A stretch of 64,000 bases of DNA from a virus (taxonomy: Duplodnaviria > Caudoviricetes), in the IMG/VR virus record IMGVR_UViG_2558860244_000005, positions 1-64,000 of that record; one strand, written 5' to 3'. Positions within the stretch are counted from its first letter, which is position 1, and every line of letters begins with the position of its first letter. A model generated the notes under the pieces. The model saw only the letters and a program-made list of their open reading frames with translations. It was not told the origin of the DNA and made no database searches. Of this stretch, positions 26,072-36,393 are shown piece by piece. The translations under genes and the position numbers were made by a program.

Positions 26072-28594
26072 GTGTCTGACAGGAATCTGCGCATCCGGGT
26101 GCTCATGGAAGGCGCCGACCGGCTCACCCGGCCGATGCGGGACGCTGCCTCCGGTTCGTCCCGGCTTGCGCAGACCCTGAAGGCCACCCGCGACCAGCTG
26201 AAAGGCCTGCAGCGCGCGCAGGCCGACGTCGGCGAGTTCCGCCAGCTGAAACAGGGCATGCGCGAAAGCGAACGGGCCATGCAGCAGGCCCGCGCCCGTG
26301 CCACCGAACTCGGCCGCGCCATGGCGGCAACGACCAATCCCACCCGCGCCATGCGCAGCGAGTTCGACCGCGCGCGCCGCGAAGCCGAGCGCCTGACCGC
26401 GCAGCATCGCCAGCACGAATCCCGTCTCAGCGAGGTCCGCAGCCGTCTCGCGGCTGCCGGAGTCTCGATCCGCAATCTTGCTTCGGAAGAGCGCCGCCTG
26501 CGCAGTGAGATCGAGCGGTCGAACGATAGCCTGCGCAATCAGGACCGCCGCCTTCAGGAGGTATCGGACCGCGAACGCCGTTTCTCCGCTGCCCGCTCGC
26601 GCTTTGCGCAGGTGCAGGGTTCGGCGGCCGGTCTCGCTGCTGGCGGCGCCGCCGCGATCGGCACCGGCATGGTCATTGCGCGGCCGCTGGAAGGCGCCGC
26701 GCAGGACGCCATGGAATTCGAGTCGGTGATGACCGACATCAACCAGAAGGTGAACCAGAGCCGCGAGGCCGGACGGCTAATGGGTCTCGACCTGCGCCGG
26801 GCAGCGCTGGCGGTCAACCAGCTGCCCTCCGATCTGCAGAAGGGCGTGGACACGCTCACCGGCTTTGGCCTCGGCGCGCAGCAGGCCGTGGACATGATGA
26901 CGCCGATCGGCCGCGCGGCCACCGCGTACAAGGCGGAAATCGACGACCTCGGCCGCGCGACCTTCGCCTCCTACGACAACCTCAAGGTGCCGATCGCGCA
27001 GACCGGCAAGGCGCTCGACGTGATGGCCCAGGCGGGCAAGAGCGGCGCCTTCGAGGTCAAGGACATGGCGCAGTACTTCCCCGAACTGACCGCCAGCATG
27101 CAGAGCCTCGGCTCCAAGGGTATCCCGGCCGTCGCGGACCTCGCCGCCGCGCTCCAGATCACGCGTAAGGGCGCGGGCGATTCCGCCGGTGCCGCGACCA
27201 ACCTTCAGAACCTGCTCTCCAAGATCAACGCCGGGGACACGATCAAGAACTTCAAGAAGTTCGGCATCGACATCCCCGCCGCGATGAAGAAGGCCGCCAA
27301 GGAAGGGCGCAGCCCGATCGAGGAGATCGTGCGGCTGACCCAGAAGGCTACCGGCGGCGACCAGGCCAAGCTATCCAGCCTGTTCGGCGACATGCAAGTG
27401 CAGCAGGCCCTGCGTCCGCTCATGTCGGCGTTTCAGGAGTACCAGAGCATCCGCGCCGAGGCGCTCGGCGCGGACGGCACGGTGAACACCGACTTCGCCG
27501 ACCGCATGCTCGACAGCGCGGAGAAGGTGAAGCGGCTGCGAATTCAGGCGAAGGATCTCTCAACCACCGTGGGCGATCAGCTGCTGCCCATGATCGCCTC
27601 GGCATCGGACTACATGTCGTCATGGGCGGGCCGCATCGCCGACTTCGCGAAACGGCACCCTCAGCTGACCCGCGCCCTTGCCTTCGCCACTGCGCTGTTC
27701 GCCGGGCTGTTCCTGATCATGGGCGGCGGCGCCATCATCCTCGCCGGGCTTGTCGCCCCGTTCGCTGTCCTGTCGGCCGCCGCCACGGCGCTTGGCATCG
27801 GCATGCTGCCGCTGATCGGCATCGTCGCCGGTATCGTGCTGGGCATCGGCCTGCTCGCGGCGGCGGGATACCTGATCTACGAGAACTGGGGCGCGATCAC
27901 GACGTGGTTCAGCGGTATCTGGACCGAGATCCAAGGCTATTTCAACGGCGGCATCGCGGGGATTTCCGCCATGCTGGTCAATTTCTCACCGATGGGCCTG
28001 CTCTATGCTGGCTTCGCGGCGCTGATGAACTGGCTGGGTATTTCCATGCCGTCGCGGCTGTCGCAGGCGGGCAGCGACCTGATGCAAGGTCTCATCAACG
28101 GCATCACCGGCCGACTTTCCGCGCTAAAATCGACTATCGTCGGCGCCGCCAACTCTGCGGTCAGCTGGTTCAAGCAGGTGCTTGGCATCCACTCTCCGTC
28201 GCGCGTCTTCGCCAGTCTCGGCGGCTTCGTCATGGCTGGCCTAGACGAAGGGCTGGCCAATAGCACGGCAGGCCCACTGCAACGCGTCGGGGATCTTGGA
28301 AGCCGAATGGCAAGCGCCTTCTCGGCCGATGGGCTGGTACCGCGCCTCAACGCCATGCCCGGACAGATGGCGGGCGCGCTTGCTGCGGGCGCCGCCGGAA
28401 CCGCCTTAGCCGCGACCCCGACAGCGGCGCAGACCGGCGCAGCTGGCACAGCGCCGACGCCCGTCTCCATCACCTACAGTATCAAGATCGAAGTCACCGG
28501 CGGCGCGCAGGGCGGGGACATTGCCGACGAGGTCCGCAAGGCGATCGAGCAGATCGAGCGCGACCGGCGCGGACGCGGCTTCGGCGACGACTGA
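26072..28594 (+). CDS. gpT: Tail tape measure protein T
   Basis: 840 aa, Ala-rich helical, LGIHSPSRVF; position after E/E'. Confidence 0.93.
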   Translation: MSDRNLRIRVLMEGADRLTRPMRDAASGSSRLAQTLKATRDQLKGLQRAQADVGEFRQLKQGMRESERAMQQARARATELGRAMAATTNPTRAMRSEFDRARREAERLTAQHRQHESRLSEVRSRLAAAGVSIRNLASEERRLRSEIERSNDSLRNQDRRLQEVSDRERRFSAARSRFAQVQGSAAGLAAGGAAAIGTGMVIARPLEGAAQDAMEFESVMTDINQKVNQSREAGRLMGLDLRRAALAVNQLPSDLQKGVDTLTGFGLGAQQAVDMMTPIGRAATAYKAEIDDLGRATFASYDNLKVPIAQTGKALDVMAQAGKSGAFEVKDMAQYFPELTASMQSLGSKGIPAVADLAAALQITRKGAGDSAGAATNLQNLLSKINAGDTIKNFKKFGIDIPAAMKKAAKEGRSPIEEIVRLTQKATGGDQAKLSSLFGDMQVQQALRPLMSAFQEYQSIRAEALGADGTVNTDFADRMLDSAEKVKRLRIQAKDLSTTVGDQLLPMIASASDYMSSWAGRIADFAKRHPQLTRALAFATALFAGLFLIMGGGAIILAGLVAPFAVLSAAATALGIGMLPLIGIVAGIVLGIGLLAAAGYLIYENWGAITTWFSGIWTEIQGYFNGGIAGISAMLVNFSPMGLLYAGFAALMNWLGISMPSRLSQAGSDLMQGLINGITGRLSALKSTIVGAANSAVSWFKQVLGIHSPSRVFASLGGFVMAGLDEGLANSTAGPLQRVGDLGSRMASAFSADGLVPRLNAMPGQMAGALAAGAAGTALAATPTAAQTGAAGTAPTPVSITYSIKIEVTGGAQGGDIADEVRKAIEQIERDRRGRGFGDD

Positions 28595-28605
28595 GGAATC
28601 ACACC

Positions 28606-29019
28606 ATGCATCTGCTCGCCCTTGGCATGTTTCTGTTCGAGATCGGTACGCTCGGCCCCGACGAATTGCAGCGCAAGACCGACTGGCGCCACGCCCGCTC
28701 GGGCCGCGTCGGCGCGCGCGACGCCACGCAGTTCGTCGGCCCCGGCGATGAAACGATCAGCCTTTCCGGGGCGGTCTACACCGAGATCGCGGACGGCCGT
28801 GTGTCGCTCGACGAACTGCGCGAAATGGCGGACGCAGGCGAAGCGCTGCCGCTCATTAGCGGCAACGGCACCGTGTTCGGCAACTACGTCATCACCGCGA
28901 TCGACGAGCGCCATGCGGTACTGATGGCGGACGGCACCCCCCGCCGAATTGACTTCGGCATCGACCTTCTCCGCGTAGATGATCCCGCGCCAACCAATTC
29001 CACGGAAGCCGCGGCATGA
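28606..29019 (+). CDS. gpU: Tail protein U
   Basis: LALGMFLF...QFVGPGDETISLSG...IDFGIDLLRVD. Confidence 0.92.
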   Translation: MHLLALGMFLFEIGTLGPDELQRKTDWRHARSGRVGARDATQFVGPGDETISLSGAVYTEIADGRVSLDELREMADAGEALPLISGNGTVFGNYVITAIDERHAVLMADGTPRRIDFGIDLLRVDDPAPTNSTEAAA

Positions 29020-30026
29020 GCAAAGCCATCAACAACATGGCCGACTGGCGCGTGACGCTGGACGGCAAGGACCTCTCCAACCGGATCAATCCGCGCCTGG
29101 TCTCGCTCACCCTGTCGGAGAAGCGCGGCGACGAGGCCGACCAGCTGGACATCGTGCTCAGCGACACGGACGGCATGCTCGCCATCCCCAAGGAAGGCGC
29201 CGTGCTCAAGCTGCAGCTGGGTTGGAAGCAGGGCCGCGACGTGACAGTGGGCCTGATCGACAAGGGCAGTTTCAAGGTGGACGACGTCCGGCACAGCGGC
29301 CCGCCCGATCAGATCACGATCCGGGCGCGCGCGGCCGACTTCACCAGCGCCATTCGCAACCGCCGGTCGCAGTCGTGGAAGAAGACGACGCTCGGCGCTG
29401 TACTGCGCGATGTCGCTGGACGGAATGGCTTGGCCGCGCGCATCACCGCCTCGCTCGCCTCGATCGCGCTACCGTCGATCAGCCAGAGCCGCGAGAGCGA
29501 TATCGCCTTCCTTCGCCGCCTCGGCCGCGAGCACGATGCGGTCGCGACCATTAAAGACAAGAACCTGATCTTCGCGCCGAAGGGCGCCGGGCAGACCAGC
29601 ACCGGCAAGGCCCTGCCCACCCTCTCGATCACCAAGGCCAGTGGCGATGGCCACAACTGGCAGCGCCAGAAGCGCGACGGTCAGGCGGGCGTTACCGCCT
29701 CTTGGCACGACAAGAAGGCCGCGAAGCGCAAGACCTTCACCGTGGGCAAGGAAGATGGCGCGAAGAAAATTCGGAAGGTCTACCCGGACGAGGCGTCGGC
29801 CAAGCGCGCCGCCGTCGCCGAGCGCGACCGCCTGAAGCGCGCACCAGCCACTTTCGATATTCGCCTCGCGCTGGGGCGGCCCGACGCGTTCCCCGAAGCC
29901 CGCGTCAGCGCATCAGGCTTCAAGGAGGAAATCGATGCTACGACGTGGCTGATTTCAGAAGTGACCCACCGCCTGGATAATCGGGGTGGGTTCACGAGCG
30001 ATCTCAGGATGGAAACTGCGCCCTAG
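29016..30026 (+). CDS. gpD: Late control / baseplate hub protein D
   Basis: EKRGDEADQLDIVLSD...QSRESDIAFLRRL...GFKEEIDA. Confidence 0.93.
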   Translation: MSKAINNMADWRVTLDGKDLSNRINPRLVSLTLSEKRGDEADQLDIVLSDTDGMLAIPKEGAVLKLQLGWKQGRDVTVGLIDKGSFKVDDVRHSGPPDQITIRARAADFTSAIRNRRSQSWKKTTLGAVLRDVAGRNGLAARITASLASIALPSISQSRESDIAFLRRLGREHDAVATIKDKNLIFAPKGAGQTSTGKALPTLSITKASGDGHNWQRQKRDGQAGVTASWHDKKAAKRKTFTVGKEDGAKKIRKVYPDEASAKRAAVAERDRLKRAPATFDIRLALGRPDAFPEARVSASGFKEEIDATTWLISEVTHRLDNRGGFTSDLRMETAP

Positions 30027-30736
30027 TCGGCGTCGAGATCCTCAGATTTTGCGCCTAGGGCCATTATTTCTCCGACTAGACCGGTCGCGCAGACAATTGT
30101 ACCAGTTTGCACTAGGCTTGCCGCCTCTTTCAGTTCTGCAAGCGCGCTGATTTTGCCGTCGCTATCCAGCGCGGCCTTCATCTTTTTTGCGGCAGACCAT
30201 TTTTGCACATAGGCGTTCTCGCATACTTCACGGGTCTTAGTGAGTTTGTCGAACGAGGCTTTTCCAACACTCACAGGAACCTTAACTTCCCTGATGCCAG
30301 AAGGCGTCTTCAAGCAAGCTGTCTCCATTTCATTCGCTGCACTGAACAGGTTGACCAGATCTCCGGCCTTGCTTGCCTCAGCTACGCCCGCCCCCGCACG
30401 ATCGCAGGGGCCAATCACCTGCATGATCCCGCGATAGAAGGCGATCGCATCGGCCTTTGCTGATGCCGTAGGCCTATCGGGTACTTCTGGAGCAGGCTCT
30501 CCCTTCCCCGCGATGTACGTGCATGTGCCAAGTGCGAGGACGAGGAGCAGGCACCCAATCCCTCCATACTTGGCGCCCTTCTTCGCATCTGCTTTCGCGA
30601 GCGAGATTTCTTCAGGCGTAAACTCCGTTCCGCAATGCTTGCAGAGAGACGCGTCCACTTTGATCGTCTCTTTACACTTAGGACAGATCCGTTGCCCTAG
30701 TTTCGTACCCTTTGCCAATGTAATCCCCCTGCTCAT
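30023..30736 (-). CDS. Zn-ribbon + single-TM membrane protein
   Basis: CPKC..CKHC, then TM GGIGCLLLVLALG, then soluble domain. Confidence 0.7.
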   Translation of the reverse strand: MSRGITLAKGTKLGQRICPKCKETIKVDASLCKHCGTEFTPEEISLAKADAKKGAKYGGIGCLLLVLALGTCTYIAGKGEPAPEVPDRPTASAKADAIAFYRGIMQVIGPCDRAGAGVAEASKAGDLVNLFSAANEMETACLKTPSGIREVKVPVSVGKASFDKLTKTREVCENAYVQKWSAAKKMKAALDSDGKISALAELKEAASLVQTGTIVCATGLVGEIMALGAKSEDLDAD

Positions 30737-30810
30737 AAATACTTGCGCTCGCCGTATCTAATGCCCGAAACAGCAGCGCTTAACCGGATTGTCGGTTAGA
30801 ACTTCGATCT

Positions 30811-31227
30811 TCAGTCGTCCGGCCAGATTTCATCCGGATAGAACGGCTGATCTTCATCTATAGGCGCGTCAGTCTGCTCGACAGCCTCTGCGAGCATTGC
30901 GCTTGTGAGATGCGGCTCTCGACCCTCGAACCCAATGCGGATCCACGCGCCGAAGTTCGCGCGACGTTGGAACACTGCACGGATCATTTCACCACCTAAC
31001 TGCGGTGAAAATTGGCGCGCCCTCTCTGCGCTGATGTACCCGATCTGGACCTCGCGACACGAAAAAACCGCGACCGCATTACGATCGTGTACGTTCGTGG
31101 GTTCGGGAACCAACGTCACCGGCTCGCCAGGATGGCACAACAGAATTTCGAATTGGCGGTTAGAGCCATCAGCGTTCGGATGAGCGGCCCCTACAACCGC
31201 GAGCGACATCTCAGGAATCGAAGTCAT
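30811..31227 (-). CDS. HIRAN-domain protein
   Basis: LAVVGAAH...LVPEPTNVHDRNAVAVF...QIGYIS. Confidence 0.85.
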   Translation of the reverse strand: MTSIPEMSLAVVGAAHPNADGSNRQFEILLCHPGEPVTLVPEPTNVHDRNAVAVFSCREVQIGYISAERARQFSPQLGGEMIRAVFQRRANFGAWIRIGFEGREPHLTSAMLAEAVEQTDAPIDEDQPFYPDEIWPDD

Positions 31228-31236
31228 GGTCGGCGG

Positions 31237-31899
31237 TCAGGTGCGGCGGAATACGCCAGCTACGCGGCCGATCACGGACACTTCGCCATCTGCAGCGACC
31301 TCCGGTGGAACCTGCGGATTATCGGCCATCAGCTTGTACTTCCCATCCGGCAACACCCGGACGCGCTTGATCGTGCCAAGCCCGCCATAGTTCAGCGCCC
31401 AGATCCCTTCCTGCCGGTCGATGATCTGCTGAGACCGGTCAATCATAACGATGTCCCGGTCGTTGATGGTCGGGTACATGCTGTCCCCTTGGGGCTTCAC
31501 GATCGATAGATGGGCCACGGCCGAATGGGTGAAGTTCCGTACCCAGTCTTCGGGAATCCACCGATCCACCCGCTCCATCACATTCTCATCGAGAAACCCC
31601 AGGCCCATGCCAATCGAGAGGTCAATCTCTTCGACCTTAACGAGCCCCATCTGCGCCGCGATCTCAGCTGGCGTCGGCGGTATAAACGCGTCTTCGCGGG
31701 GATCATCGATCTCGCCTGTCAAATAGGCAGGGGAGGTTTGCAGTACGCGAGCAATCTTGTGCAGATGTGAAGAATTTGCGGACTGCCCGGTAACGACCTT
31801 GCCGATCGTCTGCTGTGTCACACCAACCTCACGCGCTAAGGCAGACTGAGACATACCCAGTTCACGCATTCGTTCGGCAACACGGTCGCTTTTGATCAT
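31237..31899 (-). CDS. cI: CI-like repressor (HTH + S24 autopeptidase)
   Basis: SQSALAREVGVTQQTIG HTH; GDSMYP catalytic Ser; TIKR Lys; VIGRV. Confidence 0.93.
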   Translation of the reverse strand: MIKSDRVAERMRELGMSQSALAREVGVTQQTIGKVVTGQSANSSHLHKIARVLQTSPAYLTGEIDDPREDAFIPPTPAEIAAQMGLVKVEEIDLSIGMGLGFLDENVMERVDRWIPEDWVRNFTHSAVAHLSIVKPQGDSMYPTINDRDIVMIDRSQQIIDRQEGIWALNYGGLGTIKRVRVLPDGKYKLMADNPQVPPEVAADGEVSVIGRVAGVFRRT

Positions 31900-31906
31900 C
31901 CTGCGT

Positions 31907-31976
31907 ACCTACAACTTTGGTTATCGGCGAAAAGGTAATTTGATGCGTTGACATGCCCACAACTCGGGTTGTAGGT
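31907..31976. promoter_or_regulatory. cI/cro divergent control region with ACAA-N6-TTGT operators
   Basis: ACAACTCGGGTTGT (31959-31972), ACAACTTTGGTTAT (31911-31924), TTGACA -35 at 31948. Confidence 0.75.
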
Positions 31977-31983
31977 AACCCGC

Positions 31984-32313
31984 ATGAAGCAGGATCTGAC
32001 ACCATTCGAAGCATTGGAGTTGGCAGTTGCCATTGCAGGCGGCCAGTCGGCAACCGCGCGCCTTTGCAAGGTATCTCAGGCTGCTGTGTGGAAATGGCTT
32101 CAGAGCGGCAAGCGTCTGCCCGCCGAGCAAGTGCTTGCGGTTTCATCGGCAACCGGCGTTTCGCCTCACTTACTTAGACCTGACATCTATCCGCTTTCGC
32201 TTGTCATTGAAGAACCAGACTACACTGAAGAGTGTGGGCCGGTTCTACCGACGCGAGTGGATCCTGTCGTTTGCGATCACCCGACGAAAACGCAACGGAA
32301 GGGCATCGCATGA
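31984..32313 (+). CDS. Cro-like (YdaS-type) regulator
   Basis: GGQSATARLCKVSQAAVWKW...HLLRPDIYP; divergent from cI. Confidence 0.85.
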   Translation: MKQDLTPFEALELAVAIAGGQSATARLCKVSQAAVWKWLQSGKRLPAEQVLAVSSATGVSPHLLRPDIYPLSLVIEEPDYTEECGPVLPTRVDPVVCDHPTKTQRKGIA

Positions 32314-32798
32314 CGAAGCTGCGCGCCCCTCTGTCGTTCTCCCTCGCCATCACCACTGTCTGCGGCAAGATCGGTTGGGAAGCCGCTGCCAAGGTGACCG
32401 GGCGCTCTATTCGGACGGTTCGCCATTGGAGCGAAAGCGATCGGCACGGAACGCCGACGCTCGACCAAGCTATGGCCCTCGATCGCGCTTTCATCGAAGC
32501 GGGCGGCGATCATGGACCGATCCTTTCCTGCTACGCGCTGCAGCTGGACGTCGCGATGGTTGATGCCGTCGCCTGCCGCACCGCGCTGGCAGATGACGTC
32601 GCCCTATTTTCCCGCGAAGCTGGCGATGCCGTCGGCCGCTGCATTCAGGCCCTCGCGCCGGGCGCTTCGCCCGCGATGATACAGGCCGCCATTCTCGAAA
32701 CCGAAGAAGCTGACGCGATCGTTCCGCGCCTTCTCGGTCGGTTGAAAGCACTTCTGCCCGGCAATGGCGCCGGGGCCGAAGCTAGGGGGCAAATCTAG
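32310..32798 (+). CDS. CII-like regulatory protein
   Basis: N-terminal HTH-like GWEAAAKVTGRSIRTVRHWS; position after cro; ATGA overlap. Confidence 0.6.
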   Translation: MTKLRAPLSFSLAITTVCGKIGWEAAAKVTGRSIRTVRHWSESDRHGTPTLDQAMALDRAFIEAGGDHGPILSCYALQLDVAMVDAVACRTALADDVALFSREAGDAVGRCIQALAPGASPAMIQAAILETEEADAIVPRLLGRLKALLPGNGAGAEARGQI

Positions 32799-32799
32799 C

Positions 32800-33096
32800 A
32801 TGTCACGTCACGCGAAACTTCCACACGTAACCTGCCCGGCTTGCGGCGGTCGCGCTTTTGCACGGTCTTCCGGCAAGTCGAGCGCGACCTTCCGGGAGGT
32901 CTATTACGACTGCCGGAATCCGGATGCCTGCGGGCTCCGGTTCGTCGTCGAGATGCAGGCCGTCCGCACGGTTCGGCCCAGCAGCTACCCGAACCCCCTG
33001 CACACCCTGCCGATGACGCAGTGGCGCCCGGCCGCGAACGATCGCGCCGACAATGACAACGGCTCAGAGCCGGAAACCACCGCCGCCGGCACCTGA
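32800..33096 (+). CDS. ogr: Ogr/Delta-like Zn-finger late activator
   Basis: CPACG...YYDCRNPDACGLRF...VRPS..PNP. Confidence 0.88.
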   Translation: MSRHAKLPHVTCPACGGRAFARSSGKSSATFREVYYDCRNPDACGLRFVVEMQAVRTVRPSSYPNPLHTLPMTQWRPAANDRADNDNGSEPETTAAGT

Positions 33097-33205
33097 CCTA
33101 AAGGCCGCGCTGGCCTGACCTGACACTTCCGAATGCCTTCAGCCCGGCTCGCTTCCGGGAACGCCCCCGCTTTGCCTTTTTCCTGCACTCCACCGGAGCC
33201 ATCCC

Positions 33206-33412
33206 ATGCTGCACATCCCGTCCAGCCAGTTCCGCACCGTTCACGCTCCACAGCCCGCCCGACCGGACGTGAGGCGCTCCACTCTCGCCACCTGTCGCGA
33301 TTTCTGGCGCACCGCGCCGCGCGGGGTTCGGAACGACGTTCTGATCCTCACCGCCGTCACGCCGGTCCTGCTCGCCGCCTTCGCCCTCCTCTGGATCATG
33401 GTGCCAGCATGA
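33206..33412 (+). CDS. Small hypothetical protein with C-terminal TM
   Basis: RBS GGAG; C-terminal hydrophobic helix; ATGA overlap with the next gene. Confidence 0.55.
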   Translation: MLHIPSSQFRTVHAPQPARPDVRRSTLATCRDFWRTAPRGVRNDVLILTAVTPVLLAAFALLWIMVPA

Positions 33413-33624
33413 GCGCGCGCGCCCCGTTCTTCATCGGTCAGTCGGTGATCATCTCGTCGCAGCGGTGGACCCCGAATGGCTGGGTGCCCGCCACCGAGTT
33501 CGGTCTCGTCCTCACCCCCAACGTCAGGCGTCACCAGCGCCGGGGCTTCGTCGAAGTCTGGCGCGGCAGCGGCAGGCTTCCCGAAGTCGAAGTTTACCCG
33601 CGCGACGCCGTGTCGCCCGCCTGA
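33409..33624 (+). CDS. Small hypothetical protein (71 aa)
   Basis: Coupled start; MSARAPFFIGQSVII... Confidence 0.5.
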   Translation: MSARAPFFIGQSVIISSQRWTPNGWVPATEFGLVLTPNVRRHQRRGFVEVWRGSGRLPEVEVYPRDAVSPA

Positions 33625-33650
33625 TCCCTGCTGAAAGTCCAGAATTCCCC

Positions 33651-36377
33651 ATGCAAATGCGAGACGATATTCGCCGCGAGCTAATGCCGCTCCTGAAAAC
33701 CGACTTCCAGTGGAAGAAGGATCAGGGCGAATGGCTTCAGGGCGGCAAGTGCCCCGAGTGCGACGGGCGCGAGGTCTACACCCGCTCCGAAAGCCCATGG
33801 GTGCTCAAATGCGGCCGGGCCAACCGCTGCGGTTGGGAATCCTCCATCCGCGACCTCTATCCCGAGATCTTCGATACGTGGTCCAAGCGTTTCAAGAAGA
33901 CGGCGCAGAACCCGAACGCAGCGGCCGATGCCTATCTGACTGATGCCCGCGGCCTCAACCTCATGGGCATGCGTGACGCCTACTCGCAGGAGTACTTCCG
34001 CGACGAGGCCCGCAATGTCGGTTCCGCCACCGTGCGCTTCCCGCTGCCGGGCGGCAGCTGGTGGGAGCGCCTGATCGACCAGCCCGGCCGGTTCGACCGC
34101 AAGGCGCACTTCGCGCCGCGCAGGCCGTACAAGGGGCAGGCATGGTCGCGGCCGGACGTCACCATGGAAGACTTCGCCAACGCGCCCAGCATCTGGTTCG
34201 CGGAAGGCATCTTCAACGCCTGGGCGCTTGAGCAGGCTGGCCAGCGCGCCGCCTCCACCATGTCGAGCAACAACTACCCCAGCGAGTTCCTGAAGCAGCT
34301 GCGGACGCACATCGCATCCTCGGATCGGCCGCACCGCAGCCCGCGCATCGTGTTCGCCTTCGACGTCGGCCCCGCAGGGACCAAGGGCAACCGCGATTAC
34401 GTCAAGCAGGCGCGAAAGGATCGCTGGGACGCATCCGCCGCGCTGCCGATGGGCGAGGACGAGACCGGCAAGGAACTCGACTGGAACGACCTGCTCCAGC
34501 TGGAGCGGCTGACCGAGAAGCACCGCGCCGAATACCTCTGGCACGGGCAGGTGCTGCTCGCCGAGACCGCACAGGAAAAGGCTTACCTGATCTGGGAGAA
34601 GCACCGCTGGAACAGCTTCCACTTCAACTTCGGCAACCGGACGTACTGGTGCGGCATCGACATCTCGATCGTGCAGGAGAAGATCGACGAGTATCGGCGC
34701 GGACGTACCCGTGAACTGAAGGAAATCGACAGCGAGGAAGAAGCCAAGATCCGCATGGAGGCTTCCCGGGAAGCGCTGGCCGTCGAGGAAATCGCCAACT
34801 GCGCCTTCCGCGTCCTGTATCGCCAGCGTGACGAGGCGACGGACGAGACCAAGTTCTTCCTGAACATCCGCTACCCCAGCGGCAAGCGCCCGGCCGTGAA
34901 AGGTGACTTCACCGCCGCCCAGCTGCGTAAGGCCTCGAACTTCGAAGATCGCCTCTTCGCCTTCGGCGGTGTCTGGACCGGCAACGCCCAGCAGCTGACC
35001 CGCATGCTCCAGCACCAGACGCCGGACCTGCCGGACGTGCGCCCGCTTGGCTTCACCGGCTACTGCCGGGACGCGAAGGCCTATGTCTTCGGCCAACTGG
35101 CCGTCGCGAACGGCCGCGTGTTCAAGCCGAACGACGACGATTTCTTCCAGATCGGCAAGCAGGCCCTGAAGCTGGGCACGTCCGAGCGCCTGCTCGACAT
35201 CGACTATGACGCGGACAATCTCGACACCAGCTGGCTGGCCGACCTCTGGACGGCCTACGGCGCCAAGGGCCTCGTCTGCCTGACGTTCTTCTTCGGCTCG
35301 CTCTTCGCCGAGCAGGTCCGCGCCGAGATGAAGAGTTTCCCATTCCTCGAAATGCATGGCTTGCCCGGCACCGGCAAGACCACGCTGGTCGAGTTCCTCT
35401 GGAAGCTGCTCGGCCGCGAGAACTACGAGGGCTTCGACCCGGCCAAGGCTACGCCCGCCGCCATGGCGCGCAACCTCGGCAAGGTTGGCAACCTGCCCGT
35501 CGTTCTGATCGAGGGCGACCGGCGCGAGGAAGCCAGCCACGCCCGCAAGTTCGAGTGGGAGGAACTCAAGACGGCTTACAACGGGCGCACCGTGCGCTCA
35601 CGCGGCGTGAAGAACGGCGGCATGGAGACGTTCGAACCGCCGTTCCGGGGCGCGATCGTCATCGAGCAGAACGAGCCGGTCAACGCGAGCCGGGCCGTGC
35701 TCGAGCGTATCATGTCGCTGGGCTTCGACATGGCGGGCTGGTCGGCGGACACGAAGACCTCGGCAGAGCGGCTTGAGCAATGGCCGATCGAGAGGGTCTC
35801 GGGCTTCATAGTCCATGCCGCCAAACGCGAAAACGAGGTCATGGCCCGCTTCCGGCAGGCCTTCGCGCAATACGAAAGCGAACTGCTCGCTATGCCGGGC
35901 ATCCGCACCAACCGGTTGGCGAAGACGCATGGCCAGCTGCTCGCCTTCCTCGACGCCATGCGCGCGCTCCTGCCGCTGACCGACGAGCAACAGGCGGCCA
36001 CCGCCAAGTTCATCGTCGAGATGGCGACCGAACGGCAGCTTGCGGTCAACAGCGAAGACCCGATCGTCAGCCTGTTCTGGGAGCGGTTCGATTACCTTGA
36101 AGAGAACGAGGATCCTGCGGCCCTCTCCGGCCACATCAACCATCACCGCCGCCATGCCGAAGGCATGATCGCGGTCCGCCTCAACGAAATGGAGGCTCGC
36201 TGCGCCGAGAAGCGCCTGGCGCTGCCTACCCATGCCGAACTGATCCGCGCGCTGAAGACCTCGAAGTCGCGTCGCTTCATCGAACAGACCGCCGTCAATT
36301 CTCGGAACGACGGCGTTCCGCCGGTCCGCTGCTGGGTCTTCCACGACCGCTCGCGCGCGACCTCCACCAATTCCTGA
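33651..36377 (+). CDS. Bifunctional DNA primase-helicase (Zn finger + Toprim + P-loop NTPase)
   Basis: CPEC..CGRANRC Zn finger; IWFAEGIFNA and FDVG..DWND Toprim; GLPGTGKT Walker A. Confidence 0.9.
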   Translation: MQMRDDIRRELMPLLKTDFQWKKDQGEWLQGGKCPECDGREVYTRSESPWVLKCGRANRCGWESSIRDLYPEIFDTWSKRFKKTAQNPNAAADAYLTDARGLNLMGMRDAYSQEYFRDEARNVGSATVRFPLPGGSWWERLIDQPGRFDRKAHFAPRRPYKGQAWSRPDVTMEDFANAPSIWFAEGIFNAWALEQAGQRAASTMSSNNYPSEFLKQLRTHIASSDRPHRSPRIVFAFDVGPAGTKGNRDYVKQARKDRWDASAALPMGEDETGKELDWNDLLQLERLTEKHRAEYLWHGQVLLAETAQEKAYLIWEKHRWNSFHFNFGNRTYWCGIDISIVQEKIDEYRRGRTRELKEIDSEEEAKIRMEASREALAVEEIANCAFRVLYRQRDEATDETKFFLNIRYPSGKRPAVKGDFTAAQLRKASNFEDRLFAFGGVWTGNAQQLTRMLQHQTPDLPDVRPLGFTGYCRDAKAYVFGQLAVANGRVFKPNDDDFFQIGKQALKLGTSERLLDIDYDADNLDTSWLADLWTAYGAKGLVCLTFFFGSLFAEQVRAEMKSFPFLEMHGLPGTGKTTLVEFLWKLLGRENYEGFDPAKATPAAMARNLGKVGNLPVVLIEGDRREEASHARKFEWEELKTAYNGRTVRSRGVKNGGMETFEPPFRGAIVIEQNEPVNASRAVLERIMSLGFDMAGWSADTKTSAERLEQWPIERVSGFIVHAAKRENEVMARFRQAFAQYESELLAMPGIRTNRLAKTHGQLLAFLDAMRALLPLTDEQQAATAKFIVEMATERQLAVNSEDPIVSLFWERFDYLEENEDPAALSGHINHHRRHAEGMIAVRLNEMEARCAEKRLALPTHAELIRALKTSKSRRFIEQTAVNSRNDGVPPVRCWVFHDRSRATSTNS

Positions 36378-36393
36378 AATCGAAAGGACGAAC

